64,000 bases of DNA from contig JAVJQW010000007.1 in the NCBI GenBank assembly GCA_040218735.1, positions 128,001 through 192,000 of the forward strand, read 5' to 3'. The DNA is from Deltaproteobacteria bacterium (GTDB lineage: Bacteria > Myxococcota > Kuafuiibacteriia > Kuafuiibacteriales > Kuafuiibacteriaceae). Under the pieces are notes generated by a model that saw nothing but the letters and a program-made list of their open reading frames with translations, made no database searches and was not told the origin of the DNA. Shown here piece by piece: positions 38,146-46,578 of this stretch. A program made the position numbers and the translations under genes. Every line of letters begins with the position of its first letter. Position 1 is the first letter of the stretch.

Positions 38146-38707
38146 GCGCCCTGCTGAGGTCCGATATTTCAGGTATGCCGTCAAGGCGTTCGCGGTCTTC
38201 GGCGTCCTCGCCGCCGCCGCGCTGGTCAACGCCGGGCGCTTCGTCGCCGATCCCCCTACGCCCTGCGCGGCGTACGCAGACTTCGCGCTCGTCCCCAGCG
38301 GGGATCCCGGGGCCCGCACCGAGCACGCCCTTCACCTGTGGCGCGAACGTCGCGTCGGCGCCCTCGTGATCTCCGGCGCCGGCTACGGCGGCGACTCCGC
38401 GGAGCGCCTCGCCGCCCAGGCCAGGTCGCTCGAGCCCGACGTCCCGTTGGTCGTCGAGACCGAAGCGCGCTCCACCGCCGACAACGTCGCGAACAGCTGC
38501 CGCCTCGCCGGGGTACGCGTCGCGATCGTCACCGACCGCGCCCACGCCGCGCGTGTCTACCTCGCCGCGACGAAGCTCTGCCCGTCGTGGTCGGCGTGCA
38601 CCGCACCGACGCCCGAGCCCGTGACCTTCAGGATGCAGCTGCGCGAGACGTTCCGACTGCTCGGCTACCAGCTCACGGGGCGGGCATCCTGGGCGACTCG
38701 ACCATGA
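38144..38707 (+). CDS. YdcF/DUF218 family protein
   Basis: N-terminal TM, LVISG, ETEARSTADNV, IVTDRAHAARV, LRE. Start uncertain. Confidence 0.75.
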   Translation: MRPAEVRYFRYAVKAFAVFGVLAAAALVNAGRFVADPPTPCAAYADFALVPSGDPGARTEHALHLWRERRVGALVISGAGYGGDSAERLAAQARSLEPDVPLVVETEARSTADNVANSCRLAGVRVAIVTDRAHAARVYLAATKLCPSWSACTAPTPEPVTFRMQLRETFRLLGYQLTGRASWATRP

Positions 38708-39443
38708 ACGGCGGGTTCGCGAGGTCCGGCTTGTTGTACTTCAGCGGCACTCGGTCCTCGGCGTGGACGACCGTGCACCCGGCCTCCGTCGCGATGCAGT
38801 CGCCGGCCGCCGTGTCCCACTCCATGGTGCGCCCGTAGCGGGGATAGAGATCCCCGGTGCCCTCCGCGAGGCGCCCGAACTTGATCGCGGAACCGGCGCG
38901 GAGGATGCGCTGGATGCCGCGCCCCTCGAGGTACTGGTAGATGCGATCGCTCGTATGGAATCTACTGAGTAGCGCCGCGAAGGGTTGGTCACCTCCGCGC
39001 GTGTTCTCGATGCGTTTCTCGTGCGCGCCGATCTTCCGAAACGCACCCTCACCCTTGGCCGCGGACCAGGTGATGCCCACGTACGGTGCGGCGATCACCC
39101 CGAGGATCGGGCGCCCGTCCTCGACGAGCGCGATGTTCACGGTGAAGTCTCCGGTGCGGCGGACGAAGTCCCGCGTGCCGTCCAGCGGATCCACCACGAA
39201 CAGGCGTCTCCAGCTCTCGCGCTCCTCCCACGGAGCCTGCGCGGTCTCCTCCGAGAGGATGGGGTGCGGCCAGCGCGCGCTCAGCGCTTCGCGGATGATC
39301 TGGTCGGCGGCGCGGTCGGCGCGCGTGATGAAGCTGCCGTCGGACTTCTTGGCGGTGTCGAGGCGGCCGGATCGGTAGATCCGCAGGATCTCCCGACCCG
39401 CCTCGATTGCGATCGCGACCACCTCGTTTCGCGACACGTCCAC
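38673..39443 (-). CDS. cysQ: 3'(2'),5'-bisphosphate nucleotidase
   Basis: KSDGSFITRAD, ILSEE, VDPLDGTRDF, FTVNIALV, YPRYGRTMEWDTAAG, LKYNKPDLANP. Start approximate. Confidence 0.93.
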   Translation of the reverse strand: MDVSRNEVVAIAIEAGREILRIYRSGRLDTAKKSDGSFITRADRAADQIIREALSARWPHPILSEETAQAPWEERESWRRLFVVDPLDGTRDFVRRTGDFTVNIALVEDGRPILGVIAAPYVGITWSAAKGEGAFRKIGAHEKRIENTRGGDQPFAALLSRFHTSDRIYQYLEGRGIQRILRAGSAIKFGRLAEGTGDLYPRYGRTMEWDTAAGDCIATEAGCTVVHAEDRVPLKYNKPDLANPPFMVESPRMPAP

Positions 39444-39502
39444 GCACGAACCGTTAACACCCCTGGCGCGTCGAAGCGATCCGCGTTCCAATCCCGCCCG
39501 CG

Positions 39503-40618
39503 ATGTCGAACCCCATCCTGACGATCGTCGGTGCTCGCCCCAACTTCATGAAGGCGGCCCCGGTGCACCGCGCCTTCGAAGCCAAGAACATCCCGCACGA
39601 AATCATCCACACCGGCCAACACTACGACGACGTGATGTCCAAGGTGTTCTTCGAGGACCTCGGGATGCCGCAGCCCTCCGTCTACATGGGCGTCGGCTCC
39701 GGCTCGCACGCCGTGCAGACCGCCAACGTGATGATCGGCCTGGAGAAGGTGTTCGAGGAGAAGAAGCCACCGATGGTGAACGTCGTCGGCGACGTGAACT
39801 CCACGCTCGCCGCCGCGATCGTCGCCGCGAAGCTGCACATCCCGGTCTCCCACATCGAGGCGGGCCTGAGGTCGCGCGACTGGAACATGCCGGAGGAGGT
39901 CAACCGCGTCGTCACCGACTCCGTCGCGGACCTGCTCCTCACCCCGTCGCCCGACGGCGACGAGAACCTGAAGGCCGAAGGTAAGAAGGACAGCGCGATC
40001 GTCTGCGTCGGCAACGTCATGATCGACACACTGTTCATGAACCTGCCGAAGGCGAAGGCGGTCGACGTCCCCGCGAAGATGGGCCTCGAGCACGGCAACT
40101 ACGCGATGCTCACGATGCACCGCCCCTCGAACGTCGACGTGCAGGAGACCTTCGAGCGCCTCCTCGGCGCGCTCCTCGACATCCAGGAGAAGATCCCGTT
40201 CGTCTTCCCGGTCCACCCGCGCACACGCGCACGCATGAAGGCGTTCGACATCGGGCAGCGCTTCGAGAACGCCGCGAACATCCACATGTGCGAGCCGCTC
40301 GGGTACCTCGAGTTCATGTCGCTCACCTCGCGCGCGAAGATGGTGCTCACCGACTCCGGCGGCCTGCAGGAGGAGACGACCGCGCTCGGCATCCCGTGCC
40401 TCACGCTGCGTGAGAACACCGAGCGACCGATCACCGTCGACGAGGGCACGAACATCGTCGTCGGCACGGACGACGTGCGCATCCGCGACGAGGCGAACAA
40501 GATCCTCGCAGGCGAGGGCAAGCAGGGCCGCACACCCGCGCTCTGGGACGGCAAGGCTTCGGAGCGCATCGTCGAAGCCGTGATGGCGTTCCTCGATCGA
40601 CGCAAAGCGTCGCGCTAA
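39503..40618 (+). CDS. wecB: UDP-N-acetylglucosamine 2-epimerase (non-hydrolysing)
   Basis: VGARPNFMK, HTGQHYD, HIEAGLRS, MPEEVNR, TDSGGLQEE, RENTERP. Confidence 0.96.
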   Translation: MSNPILTIVGARPNFMKAAPVHRAFEAKNIPHEIIHTGQHYDDVMSKVFFEDLGMPQPSVYMGVGSGSHAVQTANVMIGLEKVFEEKKPPMVNVVGDVNSTLAAAIVAAKLHIPVSHIEAGLRSRDWNMPEEVNRVVTDSVADLLLTPSPDGDENLKAEGKKDSAIVCVGNVMIDTLFMNLPKAKAVDVPAKMGLEHGNYAMLTMHRPSNVDVQETFERLLGALLDIQEKIPFVFPVHPRTRARMKAFDIGQRFENAANIHMCEPLGYLEFMSLTSRAKMVLTDSGGLQEETTALGIPCLTLRENTERPITVDEGTNIVVGTDDVRIRDEANKILAGEGKQGRTPALWDGKASERIVEAVMAFLDRRKASR

Positions 40619-40690
40619 CGCGTCGCGTCAGCCCACTTTCCATTCAAACGACCTTTGCGTTTTGGGGGGCGCGGCGCTACTCGCGTCCTC

Positions 40691-41689
40691 ATGGCGGTAC
40701 GTACGAAGATTCTCGGAACCGGTCACTACGTCCCCGAGCGGGTGGTCACGAACCACGAGCTCGAGAAGCTAATGGATACGAGTGACGAGTGGATCCAGCA
40801 GCGCACGGGTATCAAAGAGCGACGCTGGATCGCCGAGGAGTGCGGGGCCTCCGACCTCGCGAAGCCGGCCTCCGAGAAGGCGCTCGAGATGGCGGGCCTC
40901 GAGGCCAAGGACATCGACGCGATCATCTTCGCGACGCTCTCCCCCGACTACAACTTCCCCGGCTCCGGCTGCCTGATGACCGACCTGCTCGGCATCCCCG
41001 GCACGCCCGCGCTCGACATCCGGAACCAGTGCAGCGGCCTGGTGTACGGCCTCCAGGTCGCGGACGCGTGGATTCGCTCCGGGATGTACAAAAACGTCCT
41101 CTTCATCGGGTCCGAGGTGCACTCGACGGGCCTCGACCTCACGACGCGCGGCCGCGACGTCTCGGTGATCTTCGGTGACGGCGCCGGCGCGATCCTGATG
41201 GGGCCGACCGACGACGAAAACGAAGGCATCCTCGCCACCCACGCTGGCGCCGACGGCGCCTACGCGCGGGAGCTCTGGGTCGAGATGCCGGCGTCGCGCT
41301 ACATGCCGCGCCTCACCCCGGAGGGCATGGACGAGGGCCGCCACTACCCGAGCATGAACGGCCGCGAGGTCTTCAAACACGCCGTCCGCAAGCTGCCGGA
41401 GGCGGTGGTCGTCGCGCTGAAGGAAGCGGGTTACGGCCCGGCGGACCTCGACCTGTTCATCCCGCACCAGGCCAACCTCCGCATCGCCGAGGCCTGCCAG
41501 AAGGCGCTCCAGCTGCCGGACGACAAGGTCTACAACAACATCCAGCGCTACGGGAACACGACCGCCGCGTCGATCCCGATCGCGCTCGACGAGTGCATCC
41601 GCGACGGCAAGCTCTCCCGCGGTCAGCTCCTCGCGGTCGGCGCCTTCGGCGCCGGCTTCACGTGGGGCAGCGCGGTCATCCGCTTCTAG
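40691..41689 (+). CDS. fabH: 3-oxoacyl-ACP synthase III
   Basis: DTSDEWIQQRTGIKERR, catalytic NQCSG, FGDGAGA, PHQANLRI, YGNTTAAS, FGAGFTWG. Confidence 0.95.
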   Translation: MAVRTKILGTGHYVPERVVTNHELEKLMDTSDEWIQQRTGIKERRWIAEECGASDLAKPASEKALEMAGLEAKDIDAIIFATLSPDYNFPGSGCLMTDLLGIPGTPALDIRNQCSGLVYGLQVADAWIRSGMYKNVLFIGSEVHSTGLDLTTRGRDVSVIFGDGAGAILMGPTDDENEGILATHAGADGAYARELWVEMPASRYMPRLTPEGMDEGRHYPSMNGREVFKHAVRKLPEAVVVALKEAGYGPADLDLFIPHQANLRIAEACQKALQLPDDKVYNNIQRYGNTTAASIPIALDECIRDGKLSRGQLLAVGAFGAGFTWGSAVIRF

Positions 41690-41692
41690 CGC

Positions 41693-44605
41693 CTACAAGT
41701 TCAACAACAACCAGCTGAACACGGTCTCGATGTCGGGCTGGCCGTTGTTGTGGAAGTCCGTGTGGAACACGCGGCCCGCGGTGGGGGTCGGGGAGAAACC
41801 GATCATCAGCGGGTTCGGCGGGTCGGGCGGGAAGCGCTGCGCTTCGAGGTAGACGGTCGTGCCCGGTCCGGCGGACGTCGTCGCAACACAGCATGCGTTC
41901 ATCGTGATCTGCGTCTGTCCGTTCAGCGCGGCGACGAGGCTCGGTTCGAGGACGTCGACCAGGCCGCTGTAGCTGCCTCCGCTCTGCGCGGAGTTCAGCA
42001 CGTTGTCGTCGCCGTGGAAGTCGACGGCGTTCGGCCAGAGCACCTCGACGATGTCGTACGCCCAATCCGACGTGTACAGCGAACCGCCGTTGCTCACGTA
42101 GGCCGTCAGGTTCGCGCGGCTCGTCGGTCCGAGGCCGACCGCCTCGTTCCAGCCGCAGTTGATGAACACGATGTCGTAGGTGCCGAGGAGGGTCGGGTTC
42201 AGCACGAGAGCGTCCGGCGTGGTGTAGAAGTCGTACGGGATGCCCTTCGCGGCGAGGACCGCTTCGATGTTGTCGAACGACCCGAAGATGACCGCGACGT
42301 TGGCGCTCGTCGGATCGAGGCACTGCTGCCCCGGGATGACCGTCGTCGTGTACGCCGTGACGGTGGCGACGGACGAGTTGCTCCACTGGCCGCTCTCGGC
42401 GGTGACGTCGTAGGTTCCGGCCGGGACACACGTCAGCACGTAGTCACCGTTGGCGTTGGTGGTCGTCGAGATGCGGCCGTTGGGGGTGTCGACGTAGACG
42501 GTGGCGCCGACGACGGGGCCGGCCATGTCGAGGTCGCAGATGCGGCCTTGGATGTCGCCGCACGGCACGGTCGAGGTGTGGGCGATGAGGTCGATGTCCT
42601 GGATAGGCGCGACCACGTCGTTGCTGGTGATCTGGAGCGTGCCGTCGTCGCGACCGTCGTTGGTCCCCGCGTAGCGCAACTCGAGTTGCGCCGTGGCGCC
42701 CGCCTGAATCGTGAGCGGGAGCGGCGGCGCCGTGTAGATCGACATCTCCGACGTCGTCGGAGCCGGGAGCGACAGGCTCGACACGACCACGTCCTGCGAG
42801 CCACACGCCGCGAGCGTCACGGCGCGGGGTGTGACGGAGTTGGCCGGCCGTGTACCGAACACCACGGGGTTCGGCGTCACACAGAGCAACGTCCCATCGC
42901 CGGTCCCGGTGAGGGGCACGTTGATCGGGTTCGCGCCGCTGATGATGATGCTCCCGAACCTTGCGCCTGCGGCGGACGGCGTGAACGTCACCGAGATCGA
43001 CTGCTGCCCGCCCGGCGGGATCCACGCGGTCGGCGGGCCGGCCAACGCGAAGTCGGCGCCGCTACCGGGCGAGAGCGCGAGCGTCACGGTGTTGCAGGCT
43101 TCCGTGCCGATGTTGGAGATCTGCAACCCCAACGTGCTCGGCACGCCGATCGCGATGGCGCCGAAGCTCAACGAAACGGGCGCGACCGCCAGGTAACAAC
43201 CCACCGCCATGTCGCTGACACCCGCGAGCTGGACGGTCACCGTCTGCCCGAGCGCGTCGGTGATCAGGAACTCGCCGCTGTCCACGCCGAGCTCGGTGGG
43301 GGTGTAGGTCAGCTCGATGGTCTCGGTGAGCCCCGGGCCGATGGTGGTCGGTACCGTCGGGAGCACGGAGGCGCCGAACTCTGCGGTGGTCGACGGCGAG
43401 AACGCGAAGTCGGTGATCTCACACGCGTGCGCGCCGACGTTCGAGATCACGAGCGAGCGCGCCATGATCTCACCCAGCCGCGTCGACCCGAAGTCGATCA
43501 TCGGTGGGAGCGCCGCGAGCTGACACGACTCCGCGCGGGCGATGAGTGTCACCGCGGTCTCGGGAGCGTTGGACACGATGCGGAGGAGCGCTTCGTCGTC
43601 GACGACGTCGGTAGGCGTGTAGCGGAGCGTGATGGTCTCGCGTGCGCCGGGCTCCATGGTGAGCGGGAGCGTCGGTGAAACCTCGAGCGTGAGCTCACTC
43701 GTGCCCTCGATCGTCAGCGCGTCGACCACGACCGGCGCGCCCGCGCAGTTCTCGAACGTGAGCTCGCGCTCCACGTACATCCCGAGCTCGACGGCTCCGA
43801 AGTCGACCGACTCGACCTCGGCGCAGAGCCGGCGCTCCACGCCGGTGCCGCGCAAGCGAACTTGCGCGAAGGGTTCGTCGGCGTCGTTCGTCTCGACGAC
43901 CAGCTGCGCGCGCTCGAAACCCGTCTCGGTCGGATCGAAGCGCACCGTCACCGTCGCGCGCTCTCCGGAGGGGAGCGTGGTCTGGACGCGGGAGGGAGTA
44001 GGGACGAAGAACGGGTGGCTGGAGCGACTCATCGAGGCGTCGACCACGAGCGGCTCCGTTCCCACGCTCTCGATGGTCACCAGCGCGTCGACGGGTTCGC
44101 CGAGGACGACGTCGCCGAGCTGGGCGATCGCTTCGTAGTCACAGATCCGACTCAGACCGACGTCTTCACTCTCCACGCACAACGAGAGGCGAGGGCCCGC
44201 CGCCGGGAGCGCTTCGGCGGTGATCGGGACGGTGACCTCCGGCTCGTCCGGGTCGTCGGAAACAAACGTCACGGCGCCGGTCGCTTCGCCGAGTGAAGTC
44301 ACGACGAAACCCACGTCGAATTCGAACGCGTCGCCCGCCGCGACTTCGAATGGCTCGGTGTCGAACGTGATCGCAGGGTGGGTATCTTCCGCGCGACGCA
44401 CCTCGGTCACGCGCAGGACGACGCCCCCGCGGTTGGCGACACGAATCGTCTCTTCGCCGAAGTCACCACGCCGCACGCCCCCGAAGTCGAGCGAAGCAGG
44501 ATCGACTTCGATGTCGGGGTGGACGTTGGTCAGCTGTCCGCCGTCGCCACAGTCACAGCCGTAGAGCAGGAGCAGGAGGAGGCTGAAACGTATTCGGCGA
44601 AGCAC
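41693..44605 (-). CDS. Lipoprotein with multiple choice-of-anchor D (Ig-like) domains, a carboxypeptidase-regulatory-like domain and a C-terminal GATase-like fold
   Basis: Lipobox YGC. About six P..LDFG.V...N.G...L...F.P....G.L...SND repeats, then GATVYV...TNANGDYVL, then YDIVFINCG...YVSNGGSLYTSDWAY. Confidence 0.8.
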   Translation of the reverse strand: MLRRIRFSLLLLLLYGCDCGDGGQLTNVHPDIEVDPASLDFGGVRRGDFGEETIRVANRGGVVLRVTEVRRAEDTHPAITFDTEPFEVAAGDAFEFDVGFVVTSLGEATGAVTFVSDDPDEPEVTVPITAEALPAAGPRLSLCVESEDVGLSRICDYEAIAQLGDVVLGEPVDALVTIESVGTEPLVVDASMSRSSHPFFVPTPSRVQTTLPSGERATVTVRFDPTETGFERAQLVVETNDADEPFAQVRLRGTGVERRLCAEVESVDFGAVELGMYVERELTFENCAGAPVVVDALTIEGTSELTLEVSPTLPLTMEPGARETITLRYTPTDVVDDEALLRIVSNAPETAVTLIARAESCQLAALPPMIDFGSTRLGEIMARSLVISNVGAHACEITDFAFSPSTTAEFGASVLPTVPTTIGPGLTETIELTYTPTELGVDSGEFLITDALGQTVTVQLAGVSDMAVGCYLAVAPVSLSFGAIAIGVPSTLGLQISNIGTEACNTVTLALSPGSGADFALAGPPTAWIPPGGQQSISVTFTPSAAGARFGSIIISGANPINVPLTGTGDGTLLCVTPNPVVFGTRPANSVTPRAVTLAACGSQDVVVSSLSLPAPTTSEMSIYTAPPLPLTIQAGATAQLELRYAGTNDGRDDGTLQITSNDVVAPIQDIDLIAHTSTVPCGDIQGRICDLDMAGPVVGATVYVDTPNGRISTTTNANGDYVLTCVPAGTYDVTAESGQWSNSSVATVTAYTTTVIPGQQCLDPTSANVAVIFGSFDNIEAVLAAKGIPYDFYTTPDALVLNPTLLGTYDIVFINCGWNEAVGLGPTSRANLTAYVSNGGSLYTSDWAYDIVEVLWPNAVDFHGDDNVLNSAQSGGSYSGLVDVLEPSLVAALNGQTQITMNACCVATTSAGPGTTVYLEAQRFPPDPPNPLMIGFSPTPTAGRVFHTDFHNNGQPDIETVFSWLLLNL

Positions 44606-44653
44606 GCCGTATACTGTGCCCCGAAACTCATCACAGATTCAAAACGCGTGACG

Positions 44654-46543
44654 TCAGTAACACTGCGAGAAGTCGAGGCTGCAGCCCGACGTGCACGTCA
44701 GGCGGCCGGCCGTGAAGCCCCAGTCGCTGCATGCATCGAGGTTGCCTGCGAAATTCGTCCCGTCGCAGACCTCGATCGTGAGCCCGTTCGGGTCCGTGTC
44801 GAGCGTGCCGTTGCCACAACCGCAGTCCGGGTCGTGCGTGAAGCCGGCGCGCACACACGTGTACTCACCCGCGAGCCAGTAGTCGCGACACGCGCCGTCG
44901 GCGCCGCAGCCGCTGGAGCAGTCGGTGTCGAGGTTGGCGACCGGCGTGTACAGCTCGCAGTCGTCGCAGACCCCGTCGCCGTACCAGCTGTTGAAGTTGC
45001 AGACGTCCGTCTGCGTGTTGCACGTCTGGAACTGGAGCCCGCACGACGCCGTGCACGCGACGTTGCCGCCGCCGGGCATGCCGTAGGCGTCGCACGTCGT
45101 GGGCGCGAACGACGCGAACATGAGCTGGTCGCAGGGCTCCGCGCCCTGCACCGCGCCGTTGCCGCAGCGATCCTGCGTACCGGAGCACTGCGAGAAGTCG
45201 AAGAGGCAACCGCTGCACCCGAGCGTGCCGCCCGAGAAACCCATCGACGTGCACGACTGACCGGCGAGCGCCGTCCCGTCGCAGACCTCGCCGGTCTCGA
45301 TGATGTTGTTGCCGCAGCCGGGCATCGGACACATCGACGTGTCGTACTGGCACGTCATCGAGTCACACGCGAGCTTCCCCTCCAGGAATCCGAGCGAGAC
45401 ACACGAAGCACCGTTGAGGTTCGCGCCCTCGCACTGCTCGGACGCCTCGATGATGTCGTTGCCGCAGCCGGCCGGGATGCACGCGGTCGTGTCGTACGTG
45501 CAGCTCGACGACGAGCACGACAAGGTGCCTTGCAGGAAGCCGAGCGACTCACACGTCGCGCCGTCGAGGTTCATGCCTTCGCAGTCCTCGAGCGGCTCTT
45601 CGATGATGCCGTTGCCGCAACCGGGGCTCACACACGCCGACGAGTCGATCGTGCACGCGCCCGTGCAGGACACGGTGCCGCCCGCGAAGCCGAGGTCCTC
45701 GCAGGTCGTGATGCCGTCCTGGCCGTCGCACTCCTCGGACAGGTCGGTCTCCTGGATGCCATTGCCGCAGCCGGGGGTGATGCACGCGGACTCGTCGAAC
45801 GTGCAGGCGTTGCAACCGAGCGTGCCGCCCGCGAAGCCGCGCGACTCACAGGTGGCGCCGTTGAGGTTGGCGGCGTCGCACATCTCGGTGCCCTCGACGT
45901 TGCCGTCGCCGCACACCGAGTGTCGGCACGCGCTGAAGTTGGGCGTGCAATCTGGCTTGCAAGCGATCTCTCCGCCCGGGAGGTAGCCCCAGTCGTCGCA
46001 GCGGAAACGATCCGGCGGGATGGCTTGTGAGTCGCAGATCTCGTTGCCCTCGATGATGCCGTTGCCGCACATGCCGCAGTCGGGGTCGGGCGTGTTGAGG
46101 CGCCGGCAGGTCCACTCGCCGATCAGCGGCTCGAAGCGGTCGGCGCAGACGCCGTCCATCCCGCAAGCCGTCGCGCACTCCGGATCCATCACGCCGCCGA
46201 GGCGCTCGCAGGGATCACACTGGCCGTTCGCGTACAGGCCGTTGGCCGTGCAGTAGTCGGTGAGCGAGCAACCCTGAAACGTGATCTGGCAGGACGCCGA
46301 GCAGCTCACCTGGCCGTCGCCGAGGTTGTACCCCGAGCAGTCCGCGCCGTTGAGGAACGCGTTGCCGTCGCACGCCTCGGTGCCGTTGATGACACCGTTG
46401 CCGCACGGGCCGCGATCGATGACGCCGCCGCCGCCGTCGCGGGTTCCACCGGGGGGCGTGACGGTGCTGCCGCCGATGTCGCGGTCGCTGGGACAGGCGT
46501 ACAGGACGGGGAGACAGAGCAGGGCAAGCAGAGGGCGCTTCAT
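44654..46543 (-). CDS. Cys-rich repeat lipoprotein (myxobacterial CGNG..EG.E.CDG repeats)
   Basis: ATG at 46543 (MKRPLLALLCLPVLYAC). About ten CGNG(I/V)..G.E.CDG.NL.G.TC.SLGF.GG.L.C repeats. Confidence 0.88.
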   Translation of the reverse strand: MKRPLLALLCLPVLYACPSDRDIGGSTVTPPGGTRDGGGGVIDRGPCGNGVINGTEACDGNAFLNGADCSGYNLGDGQVSCSASCQITFQGCSLTDYCTANGLYANGQCDPCERLGGVMDPECATACGMDGVCADRFEPLIGEWTCRRLNTPDPDCGMCGNGIIEGNEICDSQAIPPDRFRCDDWGYLPGGEIACKPDCTPNFSACRHSVCGDGNVEGTEMCDAANLNGATCESRGFAGGTLGCNACTFDESACITPGCGNGIQETDLSEECDGQDGITTCEDLGFAGGTVSCTGACTIDSSACVSPGCGNGIIEEPLEDCEGMNLDGATCESLGFLQGTLSCSSSSCTYDTTACIPAGCGNDIIEASEQCEGANLNGASCVSLGFLEGKLACDSMTCQYDTSMCPMPGCGNNIIETGEVCDGTALAGQSCTSMGFSGGTLGCSGCLFDFSQCSGTQDRCGNGAVQGAEPCDQLMFASFAPTTCDAYGMPGGGNVACTASCGLQFQTCNTQTDVCNFNSWYGDGVCDDCELYTPVANLDTDCSSGCGADGACRDYWLAGEYTCVRAGFTHDPDCGCGNGTLDTDPNGLTIEVCDGTNFAGNLDACSDWGFTAGRLTCTSGCSLDFSQCY

Positions 46544-46578
46544 CGACGCCTTGCTACGCCTGAACAGTCCCGATCTTC

